This document shows positions 24,635 to 38,093 of a stretch of 64,000 nucleotides of DNA, one piece after another (the first letter of the stretch is position 1; every line of letters begins with the position of its first letter). This stretch comes from Raja brachyura (lineage: Eukaryota): NCBI GenBank assembly GCA_963514005.1, contig OY740813.1:14756001-14820000 (forward strand), in the 5' to 3' direction. The notes below the pieces were generated by a model. It worked only from the letters and a program-made list of their open reading frames with translations, had not been told where the DNA came from and did no database searches. The position numbers and the translations under genes were made by a program.

Positions 24635-25333
24635 CTGAAAGGCAGATAGTTATTGTTTAAATCAAACTCAGGAAGCTAAATAAATTAGAATGAGATGTGC
24701 AGATTGAGACGTTCCATCAATCCTGCAGACATCAATCCACAGACTACCTGCCTAATTACAATTTCTATTTCATTCATTTAATCAGTTGCTAAATATTCTG
24801 ATCCATAAAAGAAGATTTAAAAAATCACTAAATATTTGTCAATTTCTTTTCCCCCTGGACCTTTGACTCAGTAATTGACTTTGTAGCAACAGCTCCCCTG
24901 TCTCAAACCTATTTCTCAGGGTCACTAGCATTGCACAGGGGAGCATTTCATCCTGTTGGTCTGTTCCTCTATCACCAAGAACTTTTTTTAAATTCAGTTG
25001 AGGGTGGAGCTTGTTTACAAAGGCATTTATTTCATAAACGCTCAAATAATGGTATTATCTTCATATTAAGAGATATTCTTGATATTGGATCTATATCCAT
25101 TCAAATCTATAATCCCTCGCATCTCATTTGTGCATCATCAGATGGTGCACTAAACCACCGTTGGACCTTAATCCCACAATTAGCCAGGGGTCAAATTGCC
25201 ACCATGGATAGGCATTGAAGGTGTGTTGCCTTAACTAAAATCATTTTCTCTCCTTCCCTTTATTAGACTGTTTTCAGTATATGAAAACAGTTCAATAACA
25301 AACAGGTCTGATCGATGAAATTCTGGGTCTTAC

Positions 25334-25445
25334 CTCTTCCTTCATTCATGTTCCTCATGAAGGGTTTCAACTTCTTTTCATAAAGAATCGCTCCCTCAGT
25401 GTGTCGCTGTCTAAGAGCCATCCATGTCTGCTCGAGCCTCGAAAT
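25334..25445 (-). CDS. sh2d3c: SH2D3C exon 8 (ISRLEQTWMALRQRHTEGAILYEKKLKPFMRNMNEGR)
   Basis: Acceptor TTTTATTGTAG|ATT, donor AGAG|GTAAGA, 112 nt. Confidence 0.95.
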
Positions 25446-26554
25446 CTACAATAAAAACTTGAGGTGAATAAATGTTGCAACTGGGAAGATACAGATTTAA
25501 TATGAATTGGACCAGTTCAGAGTGGGTAACCTGTCATGAAACTGCTTTATGTCTCAGAGGGGAATTTGATACTGGTTGCTTATTTAGCTTGATTGAATTC
25601 ACTTTCTGAGGTAGCAGAAGTGAAGAAATGCAGTGCAATCGATGTATGTATATCTTTTTAAGAACATATTTGATAAAGTATCACATTACAGATTTATTTA
25701 CAAAGTAGCAGCTTTAGGTATTTCAGTTGGTGACTCCTTGTGGACATTAGAGGCAAATGGCTAACAATAAAGAGGAGCGGGGAACTGCAGAAAAGTAGCA
25801 AGTGGGGGTTGATATTATGGATACAAACTGAAGCTGGATTTAAGGAGTTTAATGGCAAAGATCAGGATAATATAGTATAGTAGACAGTAATCTGGTAGTG
25901 GCACAGTTCACGAGGATAAAGACTGATCATAGGGCAGATATTTGAGTCATAAAGCTGTATAGTACAAAACAGGCCCTTCAGTCCACCTTGTCCATGCTTA
26001 CCAAGTTGGCACACTGCACTAGTCCCATATCCATCTAAAGCCTTCCTATCCATATATCTGTCTGAATGCCTTTTGAAACTCGTAATTTTTTCCATTTCTA
26101 TAGCTTCCTCTGGCAGCTCATTCTAGATGCAAACCACCCTGAGTGGAAAAAGCCCCTGCGGTCCTTTTTAAATCTCTCCCCTCTCGCCTTAAGCCTTTAC
26201 ACTCATGGTTCACTGTTTGGGGAAAAAGACTGTGAATCGCTTTTTCCCTGGGAAGAAGATATGACAAATGCTATTTAATTGGGCTTGGTGTGATGCGAGT
26301 CTCTGAGGGAGAAATGAGCAGAAATATGAACTAAATGCCATTGTTCTGAAGATGTGGTGTAGTGAAAAGCAAATGAGATTTTGTGTATTACCGAAGGTGT
26401 CAAGAAAAGTTAATGTGATAATTAACAAACGAATGAGATATTTAATAGTGTAGATCATAAAAGCAAGGGAGGCATGCTTAATCTTCACAAATCACATTTT
26501 AAGATTCAGAAGGAGTAATGTTTATAATGCTAGTCACATTACGTTAGGAAAACG

Positions 26555-26945
26555 GTCATGATCTCCTTTTCACCGACTATCAACAAGGGTGCACTGCAAG
26601 GCTACCTGCTTAGCCCACTGCTCTTCTCTCTACACCCACGACTATGTAGCTAAACACCGCTCCAATGCCATCTATAAATTTGCCAATGCACCCGCTGCTG
26701 TTGGCTGAATCACCGGTGGTGATGAGTCAGAATACAGGAGACAGAACAGGTGGTTGAGGGGTGTCACAACAACAACCTCTCGCTCAACATCAACAAAATC
26801 CAAGAACTAATCATTGACTTCAGAATGGGATAGTCGGAAGACCACACACCGGTGGGTCAAATGGTGGAGAGAGTTGGCAGCTTCATATTCAAATGCCTCT
26901 GCTTTAGAGACTTAACGAGATGTCACCAAGTACTCTAACATACCT
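26555..26945 (+). mobile_element. degenerate Rex1-type reverse transcriptase fragment
   Basis: Translates approximately to GALQGYLLSPLLFSL/THDYVAKHRSNAIYKFAN..., matching the RT motifs GxPQG..LSPLLF and KFADD. WC..NNL.LN..K follows. Confidence 0.7.
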
Positions 26946-26949
26946 ATGT

Positions 26950-27165
26950 AGAAAAAACACAAAGTGCTGGAATAAACAATGGCTCAGACTACATCCCTGG
27001 AGATCATGTATCGGGTCTGAACCCTTCTTCAGATTGGGGAGTCTGAAGAAAGGCCCCAACATGAAATGTCACCAATCCATGTTCCCCAGAGATGCTGCCT
27101 GACCCACTGAGTTACTCCAGCACTTTGTGTCTTTTTTTTGTAAACCAGTATCTGCAGTTCTTTGT
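26950..27165. mobile_element. divergent pair of PLE terminal repeats
   Basis: CCCTTCTTCAGA ... GTCTGAAGAAAGG back to back, with outer arms CACAAAGTGCTGGA / TCCAGCACTTTGTG. Confidence 0.7.
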
Positions 27166-28421
27166 AAATCAGTGACCAGAGGTTGTGGATTGAAAATGAT
27201 TGACAATTGAGGTGAAATGTCTTTGTTCAGAGGGTTATTATGATCTTCAGCGCCACCAGAGGATTATGGAATCGCATTCCACAGTAACTTTAAACTGGCA
27301 ATTGGATAAGCATATGAAAAGAATAGGCATAGCATTCCCCTTCTCTTTGGAGCTTCAGTAAGTTTAAATGATGCGATTTTGTAGATTTTACAGAATAATG
27401 GAACAAGCCGCGAAATGGAATCATCAGAGCACCAGGAAAATCCTCAGAATCTTGCTCATTAGGAGTGTAGTTTCTCAGCCAGTTGTCATATTGTAAAATG
27501 ATGAATCATGACGAGCAATACCATGGGAGGGTGAGTGGTGATAAGATCCACGGGATACAAGGAACCCACCACCAGAACCAAACACCTTCTTCCAGCTCAA
27601 ACTATTCAGTCAATGTCCACCACCAATCAAATTCTGACCACAATGGATAAGGAGAAATAGTAGAGTTTGAATTCACACGCGCTAGTTCCCCGAGTCAACA
27701 ACTGCTGCAAAGTCTGGTAATGTAACCAAATAAAAACTGATTCCAAGCAAGAATAAAATTAGACGAAGCTGAGAATGATATTCCGAGAACAAGTCCCAGC
27801 TCGATAATCAAAAATTCACAAAAAGACATTTGCTGGAGAAACCTCACTCATATTTCCAGCTAATTGAGTTTGGATCAATAAAATATCATCGGTGATGGAT
27901 TAATATATTTAATGGGACATCAACTGTACTAAGCGAGAGCGCACTGCTGATATTCATACCCTGTGGACATTTTTAATGCAATGATGCTAAGTATGAACAA
28001 TACAATTAATTATTTAACATGGATTCTTGGTCATTTTGAATGTGACTTAAACCTCCTTCAAACACAAAAAAACCCACTGGAACTGGATGCTATTACGATG
28101 AACGATGGAACAAATGCCACATATCCTGGAGGGTACCAGATTTGCACTGCCTGCTACCCTCAACAATCCCATCTTTTGAGTATTTAACCATTTCCCTTTG
28201 TGAGGAAGCAGACTTTTTCCACAGTGTGGCAGAGGAAGTCAGACTGGGGGGCGTTTAACAGGCCATGCTGCCTCACCTGGCTGAGGGCAACAGAATAGTC
28301 AGGCCGTTGGCTGGTTGGTCCAGGAGCACATATCTCACTCTACCCTTGGCCCAATAGTGGAATAATAATAAAAGAAGGATAAGAAATGCAGTTTTCAGAT
28401 CTCACCGATTCCAGCACCTAC

Positions 28422-28593
28422 CTGAGGCATTTCCAAAGCTTTCATCACAGCGGCAAAGCCAAACATATTCCCCATATTGCTCTTCAGTTCAGCAGCCAAC
28501 TGTATAGTTTTATGCAGGAGGGAAGCTCGCTCCTCTGTGCTGCTTGTGCAGCCCAGAATGTCCACTGCCATCATGATTGACATGGTATTAAAT
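28422..28593 (-). CDS. sh2d3c: SH2D3C exon 7 (FNTMSIMMAVDILGC...ALEMPQ)
   Basis: Overlaps ORF 28395..28583. Acceptor TTCCATAG|A, donor CAG|GTAGGT, 172 nt. Confidence 0.95.
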
Positions 28594-29004
28594 CTATGGA
28601 AAAATGTAAAGAAGACCTAGAGTTAATATAGAAAATGCAGGGGATACTCAGTGGGTCAGATAAAGCAAACTGGCATATCATGACTCTTTGTCAGAACTTT
28701 TAATTGGAGAGAATAACAGAACATTTGATCCAGGGTTTCAACCCAAAATTGATTCAACATTGACCATTCCTTTCCCCCTCAGATGCTGCTTGACCTATTG
28801 AGTTACTCCAGCAGATTGTTTGTTGCTCAATTCTAGCATCTGCCATCACTTGCGTCTTCCAGACCCTGTGTCCCACCGTACTCAACCCCGCTCTAATTAG
28901 TTCAGTAGATAACATTGGCCTGGGGAACTCTCTAAGAATACTCAGCTACATGTCCTGCAGCGATAGATGCTTGTCAAAATTCCCACCTGCATTTGTGGAC
29001 AATT

Positions 29005-29430
29005 AAAGTCATACAGCATGAAACCAGTCCCTTAGCCCAACTTGTCCATGGCAATCAGTATGTCCCATCTACATTGGCCCCATTGCCTGCATTATCCTAT
29101 ATACCTCTAAACCTTTTCCTAATCATGTACCTGTCCAAAATATTTTAAATGTGGTTATAATACCTGGCTCAACTACTTCCTCAGGCAGCTTGTTCCAAAT
29201 ACCTACCTCCCTCTGATTGAAAAAGTTTCTCCTCTGGTTCCTATTAAATCCTTCCCCTCTCACCGTAAACCTATATTGTCTTGTTCTTGATTGACCTACT
29301 CTGGGTAAAGGACTATGTGCATTCACTTTACCTGTTCCCCTCATGATTTTATAAACCTGTATAAGATCACCCTTCAATCTCATGCACTCCAAGGAATAAA
29401 ATCCTATCCTGCCCGACATCTCCCTAGAGC
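29005..29430 (-). mobile_element. CR1-type LINE 3' fragment (second subfamily)
   Basis: ORF 29123..29434 (RLKGDLIQVYKIMRG...FFNQREVGIWNKLPEEVV). Related fragments lie at ~1218-1335, 13420-13740, 25945-26240, 32830-33210, 42490-43100, 51160-51560 and 59500-59790. Confidence 0.85.
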
Positions 29431-30623
29431 TCAAGGCCTTGCAACATCCCTGTTACACATTAATTGTTCTCAGGAAGAACTATGCAGTCATATATATACT
29501 CCATAAAATATCATTCACTGTCTTCTAACCCTGATCCTGTCTTTGAGTGCCCCATAACACTCCATTCCCTCCATCCTTTCTGCTTCCAAGTCCCCATCGA
29601 CCATTCTTGTATAGATACCTTTATTGACTTACAAACTGCCCAGAGAGTTTGCAGGTTTTGCCACTGACTCTAACATGCGACTATTTGTTGCTTTAGATTA
29701 ATGTATAAAGCTGTGCACTAATTTTACCTGCCAGCAGGCTAAATATTATTTTTCAGTACCCAGTAAGATCTGTTCAGTAAGGGCATCACACTGTGCTGCT
29801 GTAAAACATTTAATAGAGTTAGCAGCCCCCAGAGCCTATAGGGTCTTCTAATTAATCATCCAAATTGCCCGCAGGTAAAATAAGATTTAACCATTGCCTT
29901 TGAAAGTGACCGGGCAGACTTTGTGGGCTGAAGGGCCTGCTGTGGTGCTGTGCTGTCCTATGTTTTATGTTAACCCTTGGTCGCCTCAAAATACTGAGAC
30001 TTGGCATCTTTAATAACCACTTTCAACAGCAGACTTGAGCTTGTTTTAACTTGCTCCTGAAATGAGCAGCTCAGCTAGAGCCAAAATGGTGCTCCACATT
30101 CTGGATTGGAACTTAAAAACATACGTTGCATGGTCATGTGTGGCTCAGAGCTGGCTAAAGCAGGGGTAGGAACATCAGATCTGCCCTTTAATTTCCTGAC
30201 CTACAAATGAGTTTTGACCTAAAGATCAACATGTGCTCAACACGTGCTTGCTCTAGATTGTTGTGTGAATGTCTCTTATAGTTGAATAGCCTTGCCTGCC
30301 TTCGTTTTACGTACCTAATGTAACAAACCAAGCAGTCGGCAGCACCTTTAGGATAGGAAGAAATGATCATATTTTTCCTTCCCACAGGACAGAAGAGTAA
30401 ATGAGATGGAAATATTCTGCACAAATTCTTGCTGCAGGAGATTGGCCATCTGATTACACCGAGCAGTTTGGCTCAAATACAGTGACATTATCCCAATGTT
30501 ACAAATTGATGCCAGAACATTTATGAAACAACTCTCGAAGCCACCCTGTTTCAAAGTAACTGGGCTGCAAAGCGGCCAAGGACACAGGACGTGGTTTACA
30601 CCACGACTCTCGGCTTCTCTCAC

Positions 30624-30739
30624 CGTTCCAGTAAGTCAAGTCGAAGCTGGTGCCCGTGGGGCAGAGTAAGTAACTCCAGCCCTGAGCTCACTCCCATCTG
30701 CTTCTGCAGCTCCTTAGAAACAGCCAGTATCCTAGCAAC
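30624..30739 (-). CDS. sh2d3c: SH2D3C exon 6 (VARILAVSKELQKQMGVSSGLELLTLPHGHQLRLDLLE)
   Basis: Acceptor TCTCCACAG|GTT, donor GAACG|GTGAGA, 116 nt, phase 0/2. Confidence 0.95.
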
Positions 30740-31929
30740 CTGTGGAGACAGGATATAAAGGAGATTAATCAACTTGCACTCTCAGCAATTACATGGCCAC
30801 AAGTAACAAGCATCACATTCACCCTCTGAATATCGATCTGTTTATCAAAAGGATCTCCACACTCTGTCTTGCGTTTTGTGAAACATCAAGACTCCCAATC
30901 AACTGTTTTGGATGCACATTTGTCTCTCAGAATTGGACAAGAGAACTGTGGATATACACACTGAAAAATGTTTTCCTTAATTTTAGTTTTAAGGAACATT
31001 TTGTCGGTTTTTAGCCAGAGAACAAATTGAACTTGGTGGTTAGAACAGGCTGGTAATATGCCAACTACAGTGCTTAAGATGAATAAATCAAGCAATTCAA
31101 GTCCACTTTCATTTCTTCTTCAGGCCTCACTAGGACTCAGCCAGCTTCTGCTAAGAGGCCCCGGATAATCTGAGAGTCAGGGCATTGTCCATGATAAATA
31201 TTCAGCTGCACATTTAACAAAATTGGGACTGGTCCTGCCCTTACCCGACTGTTCCAGCAAGACAACTGATGAGTTCACAATCTTCAGTGGAAAAACAGCC
31301 CCCTCCCCAGATCCAGTACATAGGAACCGCCAGGAGTGCTTCAGCTTGCACCGTGCCTCAGATTATCCAACAGCATAGATCGTGAGACTTTCTGGAGCCT
31401 GTTTTGCTCTATACTTACACTTTTGAGTTAGAGATTGTGGGTTCAGAGGTATTTGTGCAGTATAATCTGGCCTGGCACTTTGGTGCAATACAACTGAAGA
31501 TGCAGTGTTTTGTGTGAGACCATAAATTGAAGCTCCATCTATTCTTTGAGGCTGATATACAAGACCTCGTGGGGTAAGGGTCAGAACCTCTTCTCAGCTG
31601 TCGAACCCAACATTCAATGCTCGACTAAAAACATCCACACAGATTAACCTGTCCTCTTTTCACTATTGTTTATGGGGGTTTCCTGGTGCCAATTACTGCC
31701 ATTTATTATATTACAATGATGACGTCTTTATTCTGTGAGAAGGACTTTGGCTCCTTCTGGTGATTCGAAAAGGCAACATGGGAATGAACATTTTATACCA
31801 ACAAGCTGTTTAGATGGGACTTCCTTAAATTGGACTAGTCTTGTTAATAAGGAAGGTTTACTATTTCCACAACTCAGCACAATAAAGAAATATAATTGAG
31901 ATGAATCCACTGGAACTAGATTTTCTTAC

Positions 31930-32804
31930 CATGCAGTCAACTTTTGTGATATGTTTGGCAATAGTTTTTGCATCTTCCCCAGCCAACAGCTCCTTGACTC
32001 TCTTCAGGACAGTCATCTCGAGTGGCTTGTTCTCCAAGGGAATGAGCAGAGACTGATAGCCGTTTGGGTGAAAGGAAGATTCCAGATCGATGACCGGGGT
32101 TGTGAACCAATGGCACTGCTGTCCCTCCTCCTCCTCCGCACAGCTGGGCAACGGGCTGAGATACGTCTCTGTTTCCAGGCACCCGAAGTTCGTCTCAGAC
32201 TGCAAGCTGGATATGTTCGGATTTTCCTCAACTTTCAACCGTTCCACGTAGCTCTTTGCCATCAGCTGGCTTTGCTTGAGGGCCAGTCCCAGCTGTTGCC
32301 TCTCCCAGTCGATTGGTGAAGATGGCCGCAGCTCACAGTAGTGGCTGTGCTCTGATTCTCCACAGTTCTCTGAGGCAACTCTCTGGTCTGACTGCGAGGA
32401 GCCGTGCGACTGGGCGGAATGTGTGCTGGTGCAATGAGGTCCATTCGAAGCCTCGGGAGCCTTGTCCTTGTTGGGCTCCTGACACAGACTGTTACCGATC
32501 GTTGGGCTTAGTTGCGGCTCACTGGATCGCCGGAGAACAGGCGATGATGGCGACATCCTCGCTACTCGACCCAGCTGGCTTTTGTGCTTCAAGCCTGTGG
32601 AAGATTTAACAACATTAGGTGCTGGTACCTTAGTTGGATTACTCCCTACCCCCAGCCCTTTTGCTTTTCGGATGGAACTGACATATTGCTGACAATGGGA
32701 CAGATCCAGTGCCTGAGATTGATCCAGGGCCCAAATTGAAAAGTGGGGCTGAGGTTCATAAACACATGCATCTACCAAAGTGACTCCCTGACAGTGATTC
32801 TCAC
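31930..32804 (-). CDS. sh2d3c: SH2D3C exon 5 (Pro/Ser-rich linker and start of GEF-like domain); alternative start at 32594
   Basis: Lies in ORF 31861..32778 and contains RRSSEPQL, HYCEL and LLIPLENKPLE...KVDCM. Donor ATG|GTAAGA. Two in-frame phase-1 acceptors, both TTCCACAG|G, give exon starts at 32804 and 32594, so the upstream boundary is uncertain. Confidence 0.88.
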
Positions 32805-33312
32805 CTGTGGAAGCAGAACATTAAAAAAAACAGTGTGCATCTCTGGTCACCCAGCTACAGGAAGGGTGTTATTAAGTTGTAACAGTTGTAGATGCACCAG
32901 GATATCACCTGGGCTAGCGGGATTAAGTTCTAGGGAGAGGCTGGGATGTTGTTTTTTGAAGGATTTTAAAACTAGAGGCAGCATCGGCAGAGGGTGAGTG
33001 AGGAGAGATTTAAGATGGATATTCGCGGTAACCTTTTCACTCGGACGGCAACTCGTATCTAGCATGAGCTGCAGATAGAAAGGATAGGAAAGGTTTAGAG
33101 GGCAATGGACCAAGTGCAAACAAATGGGTCGTTCCCAGGCCGCTCACTTGGTTGGCATAAACAAGGTGAACCAAATGGCCTGCTTCCATCTTGTGCTCCT
33201 CGATGACTCTAAATGCTCAAGATCTGTGTAGATCCTTGTAAAATGCTTTGTTGTGTCAGATGGCAACATTTTACTGGAAGGCCAGTTACGGTATTATTTT
33301 GACGTCACTTAC

Positions 33313-33437
33313 TTGTGCTGTACTCTGGAGAGAGAGGGATCTCATTCACTGGGCTCATTCCGTGGCGAATGTCCTTGATTTGATCCATGCTCAGAGCAAA
33401 GTTGCGGATTGGATCCTTGTGATGTGGTGACGGAATG
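33313..33437 (-). CDS. sh2d3c: SH2D3C exon 4 (IPSPHHKDPIRNFALSMDQIKD...SPEYST)
   Basis: Acceptor CCTTCCGACAG|C, donor ACAA|GTAAGT, 125 nt, phase 2/1. The ALSMDQI motif is conserved in SH2D3C. Confidence 0.92.
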
Positions 33438-34441
33438 CTGTCGGAAGGGAAGACACTGTTGAATGGTAGCTCTTGTGCATTGTCAATTAGCATTTAACTG
33501 TCAAGAGGACACACCATACTCTCTAGAAGTCGAAATCCAGGAGTACATTTGGGTGGCTAATGAAACCTGGTGCATTTTGAAAACCAGCATTCATTTATAT
33601 TGTGTCTGCTGGCCATAGATGGGGATTAGGTGTTCCTGGAGACTGCCAGGTTTCTCCTGACCATCTTTGTCTCACTTGCCTTACAAATTGAAGAGAGCAC
33701 AACTTGACAGTAAACTGCTGGGGATCCCACATAATGGCAACCTAAACTGCAGCAGAGGCTCTGAACTGAAACGTGAAGTGGGCTCACCACTCTGGGAGTC
33801 TCTTTGGACTACACCACAGCTGTAGTCCAAAGAAGTGATGCTGCCACTTTAGGATCCTCCCTACTTCCAATAATCATCTTGCCAACCCACTGCCCAATGT
33901 TGTGGAAGTTCAGAGCCAGCTGGCTTACTCCTAGCCTCCTGTGAGGAGAGCGGCAAATTGTTATCTCCATTTCCAAGGCACTGCCACCCCAAGCGCAGCC
34001 CATTTTCATAAGTACAGCCAAATGTTTTCCTGCTTCTCTGATCTTCAAGCAGAAGGTCACAGTTTGCATGTCATTTGAGTGTCTCAGACAATAAGATAAT
34101 GGGAAATGGGCACAAGGAAATCATAACTGAACCTGATCCTATATTCAACCAATGAAAGAATGACACTATTTATCACAAGTGACACGTCACGGTGAGATTT
34201 TTGTTTTGCATAAACAAGTCGCCACATATAGGGTGCTGACAAGTTCCATTTAGTCCCAATACATGTGCACATGTTCATCAGTGGTAGGAGCAGAATCAGG
34301 CCACTCGGCCCATCAAGTTTACTCTGCCATTCAATCATGGCTGATCTATCTTTCCCTCTCAACCCCATTTTCCTGCCTACCCCCCCCCCCCCCTTGCCAA
34401 TCACACCTTCGTAGATACAAAGCTGTCTGAGGATCTGAAAC

Positions 34442-34577
34442 AAGGGTGGGAGATTGCAACCTTCACGTGGTCCACCCTGTTTCGACTAATGCAATCAACT
34501 CGACGTGCACAAACAAGATCAAATAGAACAAGTTGACCTACAACTTTAGGCTGTGCACGGCATATGCAAGAAGAAGA
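34442..34577 (+). mobile_element. short non-LTR element tail ending in (GAA)n, 12-bp TSD
   Basis: TSD AGGATCTGAAAC at 34430-34441 and 34578-34589. The same tail (ATCAAATAGAACAAGTTG..CAACTTTA.GCTGTGCACG..(GAA)n) occurs at 52379-52450. Confidence 0.75.
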
Positions 34578-34647
34578 AGGATCTGAAACTAATTTTCTGC
34601 AGCACAAGGGATTTGGGTCCTTTCCCCTCAAAAACCCAAACATTTAC

Positions 34648-35096
34648 CTGTTACCACAGCTGTCACTTCGGATGATCTTGTCAGACGTCAGGCCGTCCGT
34701 CATGGTCACACTCCTCCGCTTAATGTATCCACCTTTCTGATTTGCTGAGGGGTGAGCTAGCCCATACTTCCCATTGGACAGCCCGTAGCTGGCCTCCAGG
34801 TATCGGAGGGGAAGGGTGCGGTTGATTGGACAGTAGATGATGGCACCACTCTGCTCGGAAACGGGCTTGCGGTTCCTGATGTAAAACCTGACCAGGGCGG
34901 GGATGTTGTCGAAGCTCTCCCGCTCAAACAGAAACTGGATGCGGGTGAAGGCCTCGTTCTGTTTGATCATCACCTTGTTGATTTTGAAGTGGAGAGGTTC
35001 ATTTCTCCACTGGCAGGTCAGCACGTAATCACCGACACACGTGAGGGAATCTCGAATGAGGAAATCACCATTTTTCTGCATTAGGTTCTCAGACAC
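34648..35096 (-). CDS. sh2d3c: SH2D3C exon 3 (SH2 domain core: VSENLMQKNGDFLIRDS...KRRSVTMTDGL...)
   Basis: Lies in ORF 34644..35174. Acceptor TTTTTCAG|GTG, donor AACAG|GTAAAT, 449 nt. Contains the SH2 FLIRDS motif. Confidence 0.96.
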
Positions 35097-36564
35097 CTGA
35101 AAAAATATCAGAATTTTAAAAAATGGTTGAGGAACACAGGAATCAGATTTGTCCCCACAAGCCTGTTCGTCCATACAAGTGGATAAGGGGCAATCTATGT
35201 TGCATTCCTTACACTTTTCATAATTCTGATTCTCTTTATGCAGTTACCTAAAACAAAGTGTTGAATCTTTCAGGTGACCCTGTACCTCCCCCTATCTCTC
35301 CCAATCCCAGTTTTAATAGCATTTCTGAAGGAGATTGTTCCGGATTTCTAACTTAATACTGCATTTTCAACCTCATTCGGTACTTCATAATTTCTAACGG
35401 CCAATCCCTCAGCATCAGTTCCATTGACACATACTTTGTCTCCCAGCCCTGAAGTGAGTCCCTGTCTACAGCCTGTGCAATACCTACGCGGCTTTGACCC
35501 AGAGGCTGGTGTTTAGATAAAATCACCCAATGTTCTTGCTCCTGATCATTGACCAGCAGTTCCTCTCAGCAGTAGGAGTATCATTCTGCAAAGACCCACA
35601 TTGATGGATGGGAACTGGACCATTTCCCACCCATCAATGTAGCTACTTTGCACAACGGTACACTTCCTGCGAGGCATCCCCTGGTGAAACCAATGAAAGT
35701 GACCCCCTGTGCTTGTGACGGCTGAACATGCCCTGACAGTCATGTCATTAACCCTGAGATGCTGGAAATAAAGACCATCGGTGCTTTTTTAGTATCTTCT
35801 AAAAAGTTAAAAACTAGATTTTCAAATAACGTTTAATTTATAACAGGTGGTGATTTTACCTTTCTAGTTGTTAGTTGTTAAATTAGAAGTTGATTGGGCA
35901 CAGAATCAAAACAGAGGAAGGGGACAAATTGATGGGGGAAATTTGTCGATAAATATAAGCATCATTTTTCAATTGATGTGTCTACGAAAATAAAGCACTG
36001 AAGATCACGATCCATTCTTCACCTCACTAGGCAGGTGTGAAATTTTCAGAATAAACTAATGAAAAGGTGTCAAGACACTGAGAGGCCATTGACTGACCAT
36101 TCGTCAGACTGTCAGCTGCACTCCCCCCCAACCGCTCACTGTGCTCTGATGTATATTTATGTTTTTAATGCCTATAGCAGTAAAAATGTCAAATCCTTTT
36201 CCTGCGTGGAGGAAAAGCAGAAGATATATTGCAGTTTTTCGCAGCTTTTAGGTGCTATATCTCTTGATCATTTTTATTCATAGTAATACACGAGGGAGCT
36301 ATCACCTTGACATTTCAATTTGTTTTCAAATTAGATTCATTCCTGGTAACCGAATTTCTGCTTTCTTTGTCAAGTGCTTCCACAAACACCTTGAAAACAG
36401 TGACTGAATAATGGGCTTTGGTGACTGGAACTACATTTGGAAGTTGTTACAACATAAAAGTCTGAACATAGGCTCATAACATGAGCTCTTATGTCTTTAC
36501 CAGTAACCTATTTATTGTACAACAGTGACAAAATAAATATATGCATTTCATAGAATATCATACG

Positions 36565-36862
36565 GTTCCACAGTTTCAGAATAAGGGGTAAGCCATTTAG
36601 AACGGAGATGAGGAAACACTTTTTCTCACAGAGAGTGGTGAGTCTGTGGAATTCTCTGCCTCAGAGGGCGGTGGAGGCAGGTTCTCTGGAATGTTTTCAA
36701 GAGAGAGCTAGAAAGGGTTCTTAAAAATAGCGGTCAGGGGATATGGGGAGAAGGCAGGAACGGGGTACTGATTGGGGATGATCAGCCATGATCACATTGA
36801 ATGGTGGTGCTGGCTCGAAGGGCCGAATGGCCTCCTCCTGCACCTATCATCTATTGTCTATT
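36565..36862 (+). mobile_element. CR1-type LINE 3' end
   Basis: Same family as 22400-22728 and 55720-56161. Confidence 0.88.
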
Positions 36863-37734
36863 GATTCTTAAATTAGGCCCAAAATACAGATGAACCATTG
36901 TTTATCATTGGGTAATGATATGCCAACTTCTGCGCCTCTTTGCTGAAGCTCACCGCTGAAGTTCAGCTTTGGTACCTTACATAGTGTAAAATTGTGGAAT
37001 TTTTTGGAAAGCCTGATGTGAATAGAAAATCCAGGCAGATATCCTGGAGAAGATGTGTGTTAATAACAGAATAAATTACAACATTGATTTATATCATAAA
37101 AATAGAAATAATTTAATAAAGCATTGGAAAGGGTTTTTAGTTTGGAAATGCTGACTTCAGTAGTCTAGTGCACAGGACATGTCATGTAAATACCCAGTAT
37201 TAGACAGGCAGGGTTTTACTGCCAGTGTCAATACCTGTCCCATGGGTACAGCAAACCACATTAAAAAAGCAGGCATTTCAAAGTGAGCTACAAAAGGCTT
37301 CCAAACATTTTTTTAAAAGAAAGAAACTATCAGTGATTGTTGTAATCTCATTATTTTCCTACATTCACAAAACCTGCCGGCTGTGCTATTTTTTGGAGTC
37401 ACTCTCTCAACTATCTCTGCTCCATAAGGGGGAGCCCGAGCATTCAGCAATTGGTGGTTCTCCAGGAAGCGACAATGGAAACAGGAAAGCAATGATTTTC
37501 ATCTACACCGACTTCACAACAGGCAAGAGGCACAGAACGTCGAGGGAGCTTGAGGAATTTTCTGCTAACAGCTTTTGAGAAACGTTGCGCCTAATAAATC
37601 ACACTGTGATTCCATAAATAGCAGCCTTTGTTACAATATTATCACCTGCACAATATATTACGCGCTTGTAATAGTTACAAGTAATAGTAATAGTTTGTGG
37701 GAATAATAACTTTTGCTCCAACAAAAATGTAATA

Positions 37735-37890
37735 GGTAAGTGAATAAGTAAGTAAGTTTATTGGCCAAGTATTCACATACAAGGAATTTGCCTTGGTGCT
37801 CCGCCCACAAGTAACAACATGACATACAGTGACAGTTACGAATGGCTCAGAAAACACTAAACATTAATAATAATAGAGCATTAATGATAA
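37735..37890 (-). mobile_element. 3' tail of the same Rex1-type LINE
   Basis: Reverse complement of 16960-17105 (TAAGTAAGTTTATTGGCCAAGTATTCACATACAAGG). Confidence 0.8.
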
Positions 37891-37964
37891 ATCGGATAAA
37901 TAGGGATGATATAATTGGCCCCTTTGTTAACTGAGAACCAATTTAAGGTGCCGGTTTCCATTAC

Positions 37965-38093
37965 CTCCCGTGGGATGCGCCCATGGTACCAGGCGTGACT
38001 CCGCAGGTCTGTGCTACTCAGTTTGAGCTCCTCCTCCAACTCTTTGTGCAGTTTCTCAGGACTGGAATCCAGGATATATTTATCCTTTGAAAA
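37965..38093 (-). CDS. sh2d3c: SH2D3C exon 2 (FSKDKYILDSSPEKLHKELEEELKLSSTDLRSHAWYHGRIPRE), start of SH2 domain
   Basis: Acceptor ...TTCCTCTAG|TTT, donor GAG|GTAATG, 129 nt, phase 0/0. Contains the SH2 WYHG motif. Confidence 0.96.
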
